DNA of 33,259 nt, from positions 1 to 33,259 of the forward strand of contig NW_014569451.1 in assembly GCF_000743755.1 (NCBI RefSeq), in the 5' to 3' direction. Origin of the DNA: Blastocystis sp. subtype 4 (lineage: Eukaryota). Below the pieces are notes generated by a model. The model was not told where the DNA came from. It did no database searches and was given only the letters and a program-made list of their open reading frames with translations. A program made the translations under genes and the position numbers. This document shows, one piece after another, positions 9,973 through 20,346 of this stretch (the first letter of the stretch is position 1; every line of letters starts with the position of its first letter).

Positions 9973-12068
9973 ACGCAAGAGCAAAAGACAACATCTCCAG
10001 AGTATAATCGACAGATCCTGAGATTAACGTATTGCTCGAAGGAGATATATCAATGCAATACGACAAACGCTTCACCACATCATCACATAACTGCTTTGCC
10101 TGACCTCTACGGAACACTGAGATGCCTTCCAAGTGATTTGCTGCCACTGCAAGGATCTTCGTTGATTCTGAGTAACTAATATCAGCATGAGGAACAGCCG
10201 ATGTAGTGACTGGCTTCCGTAATGTATACTGCATGAGAGAGTGTATGTTAAGTGACCAACAAGAGGAGTAAAAAGGATATGGTTGAGAGATTTCGGAAGT
10301 CAAACTCTCGAACGATGCCATCAGTTGAGCAGCAGAAAAGTGTGGCTGAGCCATCGGCTGGCGTATTCACCACCAACTGCAGTCCAGAGATGGGTTCACT
10401 ACTCACACGGCCCTCAGACGCCACCTTACCAGATCGAGCATCAAAGAGACGAACACAGCCATCCATTCCACCACAGAAGATGCCTGCTCCTGTCGGAATA
10501 TACTCAATACAATTAATTCGTGTCGATGTTCCTAGAGCTGATGCTTCCAAACTGATCTTCCCAGAGGCCATATCCCAGAGTGTCATTGGTACGGATGCAC
10601 CTACTGTGGCTGCTGCATATCCGTTCATTTGAGGCGAAAAGGCCACATCCACAATCGCTGAAGCTGTATCCACTGTCATTTCTCTCAATACACTGCTAGT
10701 CATCACATTGAAGATTCCTAGACCTCCTCCTTGGAGTCCGTATAGCAGTAACTCTGTAGGAGCTGATGCTGAGGGATAACTCCAGTCTAGAGCCAATATC
10801 TCATTTCCACAACCATAAGAAGAGAATAGTTTGGATGTCATCATGTCTCCATCATAATCATAGACTAATAACACCCCTTCACCGCCTCCTGCTGCAAAAT
10901 GACGTCCATTTCGTGACCATTGACACCCTAAATGTGAATCATTCCATTCGAGTTCACGATTAACACTCTCCGAAAACACACCCACTTCTTCCATTTTTAC
11001 TGCACTCATCGTAACTGGATTCGAAGTCTCTTCTTCCAGAGTTTCAGATACTACACGATTGAACAAAGGACCCACCTCCACAGTCTCTTTCGTATCTACT
11101 GGAGTTAGAGGGGAACAAAATCCAAACTCAATGGACTCTCCTGATACTGATTGATTGGTACGTCCCGTAACAGTTCAATCAGCTCCGCTTGCAGTATGTC
11201 TCTATGATCAGATGAGATTTATGATTGTACCCTTTGCTTTTTGTCACACAGTCGTTCACTTTGCTCAATGTCTGAATGACACTCTACACATGAAACAATC
11301 TTTCTGTGACTACTGCTGCCAATTCATGAGCACGCAAACACTCTTCACGGTACAAGGTGATCTCGCTTGTACAAGCTCTGATCTGGGCTTGACTACGCTG
11401 ACGCTCTGTTTTGAAGATGCTAATTCCAAGGAGAGATGGAGGAGAGAGATTCTGGAAGATTGCACGGAGGAAGTTCACCAGCGATGTCTTCAGCGATTCT
11501 TCCCACGATTCCGAAAAGTATTGCATAAAATAGCTATCCTGCTCAGGGTTGCGAAGGAAAGGAAGTGAACACCATCGTCTCCAATCATCATTCTTCTCGC
11601 TTTCTCGCGATGATGACAGAACATCAGAACAATAATTCGAGAAGAAATTCGTGACCTATTCATTAACAACAGCAACAAGGATTACCTCTTCAGTCTTACC
11701 TCGCTTCATTGACGTTACAACATAGAGCTTTCTTAGTGAATTCCAGAAAGTATCGACCGACTCGATATAACTCGCATCAAGTAAACAAAAGAAGCGAGAA
11801 TTCAGGAAACTCCACATATCATTGAATCCAGCATAATCACCACTATAGATAAGAAAAAGATAAAGGGAGTTACTCGTGAATAAGGTCGAAAAGATTCGAC
11901 ACAATCTTATCGACATTGAATCCTTTCGTTCGATCATGTTCTCTATCTTCCTCAAAGGATTTGAATGTCTAGATATAATTGTCTCCAAATCAGATAACAA
12001 ACCTTTGTAAACCCGCGGAAGAGAAGATATTCACATACCATATCATCTACTTGATTTAAATTCTCCAT
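9973..12068 (-). CDS. WDR91: WD repeat protein 91 (endosomal, Rab7 effector family)
   Basis: MENLNQVDDMVCEYLLFRGF, WSFLNSRFF, LPFLRNPEQDSYFMQYFSESW...SLVNFL, a coiled coil, then WD40 repeats. Probable poly(A)-made stop: GCG T(9973)|CTTG TGTTTGTA. Confidence 0.88.
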
Positions 12069-12181
12069 TTTCTTTCAATTTAGCAAAAAACACATTGATT
12101 ATGAAATCGACACTCTTTTTGTCAAGTTCAATGACAGAAAAACTAATTCACATTACTTTGTTCATAAGAGCGATATTTATT

Positions 12182-12838
12182 ATGAGTAGTCAAGGAAAGA
12201 TAGCCTACCAATATCTCAACTTCCCTCCATTCTTTACGTAAGAACATGACATGACTGACACTTCAGTTTACAACCTTGCTCAGAGACACGACAGAAACAG
12301 TTTAGCATGTGGATAAAGTATGTTCTGGATTATTGCAAGGAAAAGTCGATTTCTGAAGTGTATATAGACAGTTTTCCTCTATTTGAGAATCGGAATATAG
12401 GACGTGGACTCTTGAATTCTCTTTCATGACTAGGATCTCTTACTTCTGAGATGCGTCTTTCTATAATGGATCAACTGTGTCAACAAGGATACAGCCATAT
12501 GGAACGACAGGGAGTATATACAATGATTGAGAAGAGTGTTAAGGATTGGGCCTATACTATCTACTATTGGGTAGAATTGTATCATTTGGGTGACTGTCAG
12601 ATGATTGACAATGGCTACCGGATGGAAGTGATGGATTTAGAAGAAATACGCACAGGTGACCGTGTTTGCCATGAATGTAGTTCCATGAAACTTTTGTTTA
12701 TATAGCTTTTTACAATATGCGAGAAAGCATTTTTAGAGATTGTATTGAGATTCTGGTCAAGGATGGAAAAGTACTGGAGATTATTCTGATAGAATGTAGG
12801 CTCAGCGCATAACAGACGAATCAGTTCGGTTTTTGTAA
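12182..12838 (+). CDS. VPS25: ESCRT-II subunit VPS25
   Basis: YLNFPPFFT/LQPCSETRQKQFSMW...KSVKDWAYTIYYW...VRFL; multi-exon; TAA 12836-12838, then TGTTTGTT 12841-12848. Confidence 0.92.
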
Positions 12839-12923
12839 GTTGTTTGTTCATACAATTGGGATCCCCAATTTTAAGCGATTTATAGGAACGAATTCATTTG
12901 TCATTGTTTATTGATTAGTAACA

Positions 12924-14289
12924 ATGGCTAAGGGAAAAGGAAAGGGACATGGAGATGACGACTCTGGAAATTGTTGTTGTTGTCTGTGCTTGTGCATTTT
13001 GCTTCCACCGATTTTGGTGGCAGTTGGAGTTTTCTTATTTGCTGCGAATAATACACGTGTAGAGCGTATTAACGAGTATGAAACGAAGATGTGGAATAAG
13101 TGTTAGGTATAATACCCGAGCCGAACAATGGGTTAACGAGGGTATTACGACATTTGCAAACAAATCTTTCACTATCTCGGGTATTCCACTAGAAGCTGTC
13201 ACTACTCATAGTGGCTATAACTATCCAGTTCGTGATACCTGTTCTAAGAAGGGTGACCCAGCGGAGAAATGCCTCTATACTGAAGCTTATTACTATACTA
13301 CCATGACTCGTTTCACTGGTGATCGTTTTCATGCTAAGCTCGCATCTAATGGTGTATCGATTGTTGATCAGGATTTCGATGGAGCTATTTACAAGTTCTA
13401 TTCTGCTAGTGATCTTGGCTGCACAAAGGATACTTCCAAGTGTTCCAGTAAGTGTTCCAGAAAGGGAGGAGTATGGGACCGTTACAGTCGTCAGTGTACT
13501 GTTACACTGTATCTGAATGAGGTGTGTTATCGTGTAGCACATAAGGAGAAGATGTGGGTATTGGATTCTCCTCCGTAAGTATATTACAAATTCCTAATCT
13601 CTAGAACCTGGCCCTTGAGTGGGGATGGATCTGGTTGTTACTATAATAACGATTATCAACCTGCTGTCTATTCTAAGTATAAACAGTTGGATATCGTAGT
13701 AACAGTCCGTTACTACATGGATTCTTTCATCTCTGCTGATGAAATGACGGAAGGTTGTAGTTCTGCCACAATTTCCTCATCTTCTTGTTTTGGATTATCT
13801 CGTTCCGAGCAGAATATGACTGCAACTATCATTGTTCTAATTGGTATTGGGTTGCTTGCGCTTGAGGTTGGACTGTTTGTCTTCTCATGTCTTTGTTGCC
13901 GCGACACTGTCAAGAGTACTCTAAATCATAAGAAGAAGAATGGTTTGTTGGATAACGAAGATCGACCAAATTCTTCTGAGCCTAGTTATGTTCCTACTGC
14001 TCAGGCAGCTTATGATCCGTCTCAACCTAGTTATGTTCCTGCTACCCAACCTAGTTATGTTCCTGGTACTCAGCCTGTTTATGTTTCTGCTCAACAAACT
14101 CAGAATACTCCTCAGCCTGTTTATGCTTCTGCTCAACAAACTCAGAATACTCCTCAGCCTGTTTATATTCCTGCTCAACAAACTCAGAATACTCCTCAGC
14201 AAACCTATAATACTCCTGCTGCCCAGCCAGCTTACAATGCTCCTTACCAGGTATCCTACATGCCCAACTACAATTCTTCCAACTATTAA
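12924..14289 (+). CDS. Two-TM membrane protein with a Cys-rich ectodomain and P/Q/Y-repeat cytoplasmic tail
   Basis: Three exons; TM1 after CCCCLCLC, Cys-rich middle, TM2 (IIVLIGIGLLALEVGLFVFS) followed by CLCC, then repeats. Confidence 0.75.
13981..14200 (+). repeat. Coding tandem repeats: 3x CCTAGTTATGTTCCT (PSYVP) and 3x 42-nt unit (QPVYxxAQQTQNTP)
   Basis: PSYVP copies at 13981, 14026, 14050; 42-nt units start at 14071, 14113, 14155. Confidence 0.9.
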
Positions 14290-14386
14290 GTGTGAGGTAA
14301 TAGTTGTTGCCGAGTTGTTTGTAACAGTAATTGACAGTAATACTAGATCGTTCAATGTCAACAAACATTGTATATAATACATAAAG

Positions 14387-14957
14387 TTACATTTGAGCTG
14401 CATACTGCTTCATCAAATGATCCAGCTCGTTCATTTCCCCTCGTAACTCCTCATTGGCCTTCTCCAATTTCTGGATCTCCAGGTACTGACGTCTAACAAC
14501 TGAGACTAAATCCTCTTCTTGGATCTGCTTGTCGTGATAAATGTCATCTGGATCTACAAGAATTTGAGGTTCATTCCGAAACTACGAATAACGCAATACC
14601 TTAACATTTACTTGCTCATTATCACAGAATTCTTCCTCCTCTTCACTTCCTACATCATCCCACTTCCCACTCTTTCGATTAATCAGTTCTCCATACAAAT
14701 AATCCTAGTTTCAATGAATCATCCCAATGAATCCCTACTTCATTAGTAGGAGTTGGACCCTTTGTTAGAGAAGTATAATCTCCAGACTGTTCGGCTGCAT
14801 TTACTTGCAACTTTCGTTCTAACAGTTCGCGACGGAGTTGTTTTCGATTGCTTTCTCGTCGCAACTGTTCACGTTCTTCTGGAGTCAAATCCTTATAAGG
14901 GATCCACTTCTTGTTTTTCCGGAATCGTTTCTTCTTCTTTCCACCCTTTTGAGTCAT
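14387..14957 (-). CDS. HEXIM-like basic/acidic/coiled-coil protein
   Basis: Three exons (introns 14738-14705, 14611-14582): MTQKGGKKKKRFRKNKKWIPYKDLTPEERE...GPTPTNEDYLY...SEEEEEF...LVSVVRRQYLEIQKLEKANEELRGE...; TAA 14389-14387; TGTTTGTT 14367-14360. Gene model is solid, family assignment is inferred. Confidence 0.6.
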
Positions 14958-14979
14958 CAACAAACAAATGAATTCTATT

Positions 14980-15561
14980 TTACAAATTGCAGGCAATTCC
15001 AATGACACCAGCTGCAATCGGATAACCCACATTCCCATTTATATGACTCTGTTTGGTCGTTCCCTTCCATGTTACCCAACACACACAAATACCTTTCCGA
15101 GATCATCTTCCTTCTCATAAATCACTACAGAACGACCGATAACAGAATATGGACCAATCACTTGAACATGGGTGTCCTCCAAATGGAGTTTCGCATCCGA
15201 CCCATCAGACTCGATATTTCCTAGACTTCCGACATGTCTGTCATCACTATCTGGTGGACCGTGTTGTTTTCCCATTGGATTGTAGTGAGGTCCTATTTTT
15301 AAAGAATCCCAACGACAACTACCGAGTCTTTGAAAGCCATTTGACAAATCTCCAAAGACATTGATGCTGATACCATGTTTTCCCTAGAAATGACTCCAAG
15401 GCTCAATACTCACTTGAGGAAGACCCTTAATATTTGCATCAATAATTGTTGTGGCAAAAGCGGATGCCTACGAGATAGCGACTTATTGAATGAAATACCT
15501 GCGAGAAGGTCACAGTACCATAGATACCATCACCCTGAATATAACTAATCACTTTTGCCAT
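14980..15561 (-). CDS. Cu/Zn superoxide dismutase-fold protein with a degenerate active site
   Basis: Five exons: GTVTFSQ...IKGLPQGKHGISINVFGDLSNG...GPHYNP...HGPPDSDDRHVGSLGNI...SVIGRSVVIYEKEDDLGKG...GNVGYPIAAGVIG; intact reading frame. Confidence 0.88.
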
Positions 15562-15700
15562 TGCGATTAACAATTACTGAGATCAATGTCTTGAATACTC
15601 GCAATCGTGTTCTCTCTATTCATTCTATGTGGAGGATGTATTATCCCTCTTGTCCCCAACTGGAAGGATATACTTCATTCTTGTCATTTTTGTTTTCTCT

Positions 15701-16175
15701 ATGTCCTACTTGAGTTTCTATAGCCCTCTTCTTCGTGAACTGGGTCAAGGTTCTGTTCATCTCGCACGTACCATGCCTGTATGGGGTTCAGATGTGTTTT
15801 TTCATGGGAATTTGCATGATTTCTGGGGAAGAAGAGTGGATCATGGGTTTGGGGATGCCGATATCCATGAGACATTATCAACGATTCAAATCACTGCAGA
15901 CCTTCCTGGAGTCAAAAGAGCAGATATCCAAGTCCATTGCAATGGTGATGTACTTTCCATCTCAGGCAAACGTCAAGAGATTCAAACTCTTACAGATGAT
16001 GTATATAATAGTGTTGAAAGAGCCTTTGGGTCCGTCTGTAAACATATCCGACTTCCACATAATGTGGATGTATCAAAGATTACAGCTCGCTACACTGATG
16101 GAGTACTGAGTGTCGATATACCAAAACCTATTCCTTCAACTGAACCAGGAAGAGAAGTGTCAATTCCCGTCTTGT
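15701..16175 (+). CDS. Small heat-shock protein (HSP20, alpha-crystallin domain)
   Basis: ADLPGVKRADIQV...LSISGKR...ERAFGS...RLPHNVD...ITARYTDGVLSVDIPK; no intron seen. TTG T(16175)|ACAA TGTTTGTT predicts a poly(A)-made stop (genomic TGA at 16187-16189). Confidence 0.92.
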
Positions 16176-16179
16176 ACAA

Positions 16180-16187
16180 TGTTTGTT
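16180..16187 (+). terminator. TGTTTGTT poly(A)-site motif of HSP20
   Basis: Exact motif starting 5 nt after codon-initial T16175. Confidence 0.8.
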
Positions 16188-16252
16188 GAACGAATATAAC
16201 CTGTTGTACTAGCAACACTTCAATCTACATCTAAACCAATCTTTGTTTACCA

Positions 16253-16879
16253 ATGTCAACAAAGGCTCGTAAGCGGATTCTCTCTGATTACAAGTACTAT
16301 TCCAAGAACAAACCAAACGGGATTACTTGTCGCATTCACGAAGACAACATGCTTATTTGGGATGCTTGTATTATTGGGTAGGGAGTGCACAACAAATTCG
16401 TCATTCATTTAGGCCCGAAGATACTCCCTGGGAGGGTGGGACGTTTTTTCTCCGAATCGAGTTCTCTGAACAGTATCCTGAAGTCGTACCGAGCATTAAG
16501 TTTGTAAATCATCTGTTTCATCCCAATAGTAAATCTGGGCGTTGATGATGACACCTAGTTTATAACGACGGTAAAATCTGTCTCGATATTCTCCAGAATC
16601 GATGGACTCCACAGTATAATATCGTTCATGTTCTGTTATCAATTCAAGTAGTTGTTTTTGTTCGAATTGATTTTTCAGAGTCTTTTAAATGATCCTAATC
16701 CATCCAGTCCCGCTAATCAAGCAGCTTCACGAGTGTATAGTACTGATAAAGCCTTGTATTCGATAATTTGAATGTGGTTCATCCATAGATATAACAAGAC
16801 GGTCCGAGAGTGTGTCCAACGGAGTTGGTTGTGTGATTCCTCCCTTCCTGAGTTCTTTCATGAAGAGATTCACTCATAA
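16253..16879 (+). CDS. Ubiquitin-conjugating enzyme E2, RAD6/UBC2-like
   Basis: [13 protein letters not shown]...[12 protein letters not shown]...LFHPN...[15 protein letters not shown]...[13 protein letters not shown]; catalytic Cys present. Confidence 0.92.
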
Positions 16880-17029
16880 TTTGCTTTTCATACTCCTTGT
16901 TTGTTTTGTTACTTCCTTTTCGTGTTTTGTTGTCTGATGTTCGAATATCTCTCCCAATTTGATAACCAACTATTCTCCATTGCCTATTCGAGGAGGTTTC
17001 AGTAATTGAACACTCCATTACAATCAGAA

Positions 17030-18354
17030 ATGTTCAGTCGTGTTAGCCGATCTCTCTTCCAGAGTCCTTCCAAGAGTATGGTGTTTGGAATGTTCTTTTG
17101 TTTTTGTTCCCTGATTTGTAGGACGTGGAATCGTTTCTTTGGAACAAGGTATACTGTTGTAGGTTTCTGTAAGAGTTGATAATGTGTAGGAAGCGCCTCC
17201 AAAACCATTTCCTGAAGGGATGGCCGATTCTGTTAAGAGTTGGGCTATTGGTACTCTTAATCAACAGCGTAATTTGCTTAGCCGTGCTGTAACACTTTGT
17301 ATGAATATAAACGTCAGTTCTAATAGGTAGTGGAATCCTCTCTACCAAGTCATGTTGAACAGGCTGAAATGCTTCTTGATTACGTCCTCTCCGTAAGGAG
17401 AATGGAGAATGAGCGTGATCATCCTCATGAGTTTGTGCCTGGTTCTTTCCGACTAGGTATTGCTGGTCCTCCAGGTGCTGGAAAAAGTACATTCTGCGAA
17501 GCTCTTGGTTGTATGTTGACAAAGCAGGGTCATCGTGTTGCTGTTCTTGCTATCGATCCTTCTTCCACTCTCTCGGGAGGTTCTCTTCTTGGAGATAAAA
17601 CTCGTATGCTTAAACTATCTTATGACCCCAATGCTTTCGTTCGTCCCTCTCCCTCCAATTGCTCTCTGGGAGGAGTGGCCGAACATACGAGTGATCTGGT
17701 TGTGTTGTGTGAGGCAGCTGGATATGATATTGTAATTGTGGAAACGGTGGGTCTGGGCCAATCCGAAGTTATGATTGACGATATGGTGGACATGGTGATG
17801 TTGCTAATGCCTCCTGCTATGGGTGATGAGCTTCAGGGTGTGAAGAAGGGTATCATGGAACATGCAGATGTGATTGTGATTAATAAGGCTGATGGTCCCT
17901 TGGCATCGTAGTAGCTGAGATAAGTCTTTGATGGTATAGAGTGGCTGCACGGTCAGAAGCGGAGAATCGCCGTGCTGTGCAATTGCAGCGACCCAAAGCT
18001 CCGTTCTGGAAGTGTCAGGTGACGCGATGCTCGGCTCTTCAGCAGACTCGAATCAAGGATGTGTGGGATATTTGTGCCAAGTTCAATAAGGAGGCTTTGG
18101 CTTGTGGAAGTGTAAGAGAGAGGGGAAAAGATCATGGATAGCTGGAACAACGTCGTATTCACCAGAACAGTACTGCTATGTGGAGTCAGCTTATTACTCA
18201 AGTGGCTGCTTCCTGTAAGCGGAATCCAGAGGTCATCAAAAAGGCAAAGGAATTGGATGCTGTGATGAAGAATGGTGGTATGACTCATCGTCGTGCTGGA
18301 CGTGAGCTGATGGATGTATTTGTAAAGGACGAATACTCCCGTATAACGGAATAA
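17030..18354 (+). CDS. MMAA: MMAA/MeaB GTPase, chaperone of methylmalonyl-CoA mutase, with a presequence-like N-terminus
   Basis: RLGIAGPPGAGKST, VAVLAIDPSS...GGSLLGDKTRM, IVETVGLGQSE, GDELQGVKKGIME, INKAD; N-terminus MFSRVSRSL. Confidence 0.95.
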
Positions 18355-18427
18355 AAAGGTTGATTTCTTGTTTCCTTGATAATCATGAATCACTGAACAT
18401 TTTCATTTTCATTCTCTTTCAACTACA

Positions 18428-20300
18428 ATGAAATATCTGATTCTATTGGCTCTTTTGTGTCTAACACTGACACAGGATGTTGACAGTGACGGAATCTTGA
18501 TACTGAATGACAAGAACTTCCATTCGACGATTCATGACAATAAAAACTTGTTTCTTTTCTTCCACTCTTCTGTATAATCGATTTGTTGGGTTTACAACTA
18601 GTGGGATTCTCGTTCAAAGGCCTTCGAATATGAATGGCGACGAGTCGCGCGAGCTGTAAAGCGGGAAGAGATTCCTGTTGTTTTGGCAAAGGTACGGAGT
18701 TGTTCTTGCTGATGATTCAGATTAATCTCCCTGTTAATCGTCCTATTGCCGAGATTTATCACATTCATACATACCCATCTCTCCATTTATTTATTAACGG
18801 AGATGATGAGCACTATAATGATGTTCTGAATGTCGAGTAGATCTTAATTGATTCATTAATTGTAGTGATATCATATTTTATTTGAAGAAGAAGCTGGTAG
18901 AGAAGATTGTGACAATCACCAAAGAGGAAGAAATCAAGCCTCATTTAGGACATGATCGACCTGTAGTCGTTGGCCATTTCAAGACAAACAAGAACCTGAA
19001 GTATAAGTACTTCTCAGAGGTGATTAACCAAATTGACGAGGTGGACGCAATGTGTTCATTTGGTGATGCAGAGGTGGAGGAACCAATGGATTCATTTACT
19101 GTGTATAATGCCAATGGACGTCCTTTTAGATATAAGGGAAGTAGTCATTTTCCTAATTCTCTGATGTGTAGAATGGGAAAAGGATCCTGTGAAAGCCTTT
19201 ATCATGGTTCATTCACTTCCATTGATCGTTCCCTATCAGACCCGTTGGAATCGCTTCATGTTTTCTTCAAGTCATGGAATTAAGAAGCAGTTGGTGTATA
19301 TGTCGGTAAATAGTGAGCCCCGTCAGAATCCTGTGCTTCGATCGATTTTGGAAGATGTTGCATTGAAGCATCAAGGATCTGTTTTTGTGGTTGATATGGA
19401 TCCAGAGACCAACGGAATGATGCAGTACTTCGGATTTGACTATGATCAACTTCCCATATTGTTCTTTGTGGATATGGAGAATCCTTCTTGGAAGAAGTAT
19501 GTGTATCATGGAGAGATCGAAGCGGGAGGGATTAATCATTTTTACACTGATGCAATGATGGGTAATTTGTATCCTTATTACAAATCAGAACCTATTTATG
19601 AGCATTTGGATGGATTTGTGAAGGTGATTGTTAGTAAGGATTTTGATGATGTTGCTTATGATCCTTATAAAAATGTTCTTGTTGAGTATGTGGTACCTGT
19701 AATGATTGGAGGAGTGTTTGATATATAGGGATGTCGTATGTGTGATCGTGTGGCTGATGATTACCAGCGTTTGGCTGAAACTTATATCAATACAGATGAT
19801 GTGGTGATTGCTCGTGTGGATACTAGCAAGAATGATATTCATGACTTTGTGTTTGGAGAGTTTCCTACTTTCATTCTATATAAGGCTGGAGGTGATGGTG
19901 AGAAGAGTGTTGTATTCTCTGGAGAACAGATGGATTATCCGGTAAGGATGGAGAGAGTGAGTGATCAATAGCGATTGAAGAAGTTCGTTGATGATTTCAA
20001 GACAATTGCTCCTAAGCGTCCTAAGAGTATTGATATGGGTGCAAAGGAGGAGGAAGAGGTGAAGGTGGAAGAGGAGAAAGTGGAAGAAGTGAAGGAAGAG
20101 AAGGAAGAGGTGAAGTTGGAGAAGAAGATGGAAGAAGTGAAGGAAGAGAAGGAAGAGGTGAAGTTGGAGGAGAAGAAGATGGAAACAGTAGAAGTCTCTA
20201 ATGAAGAGGTTCCTACTGATGAGAGTTCCAATGACAAAGAATCTGCCAAAGAGACACCTGTTGATATTACTGAGGTTGAAAACATTGAAGAAGAACTGTA
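18428..20300 (+). CDS. Protein disulfide isomerase family member (a-b-b'-a', acidic tail, EEEL end)
   Basis: Signal peptide MKYLILLALLCLTLT; thioredoxin folds; a-site WDSRS, a'-site GCRMC; KSEPI linker. GAA GAA GAA CTG TA(20300)|CTCT TGTTTGTT predicts a poly(A)-made stop. Confidence 0.88.
20081..20169 (+). repeat. Direct repeat with 48-nt period in the E/K-rich PDI tail
   Basis: TGGAAGAAGTGAAGGAAGAGAAGGAAGAGGTGAAGTTGGAG at 20081-20121 and 20129-20169. Confidence 0.85.
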
Positions 20301-20304
20301 CTCT

Positions 20305-20312
20305 TGTTTGTT
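20305..20312 (+). terminator. TGTTTGTT poly(A)-site motif of PDI
   Basis: Exact motif with 4 nt between it and the in-frame TA that follows EEEL. Confidence 0.85.
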
Positions 20313-20346
20313 ACATCATTCTTCTCACACATATTTTATCTTCATT

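Noticed and set aside
9950..10179. Long antisense overlap of kaptin and WDR91 coding regions
   Set aside because: Better explained by poly(A)-made stops; the extensions look like non-coding-frame translation.
13921..14403. Several long overlapping ORFs and a CRISPR-like periodicity
   Set aside because: By-product of a coding tandem repeat; no unique spacers and no cas genes.
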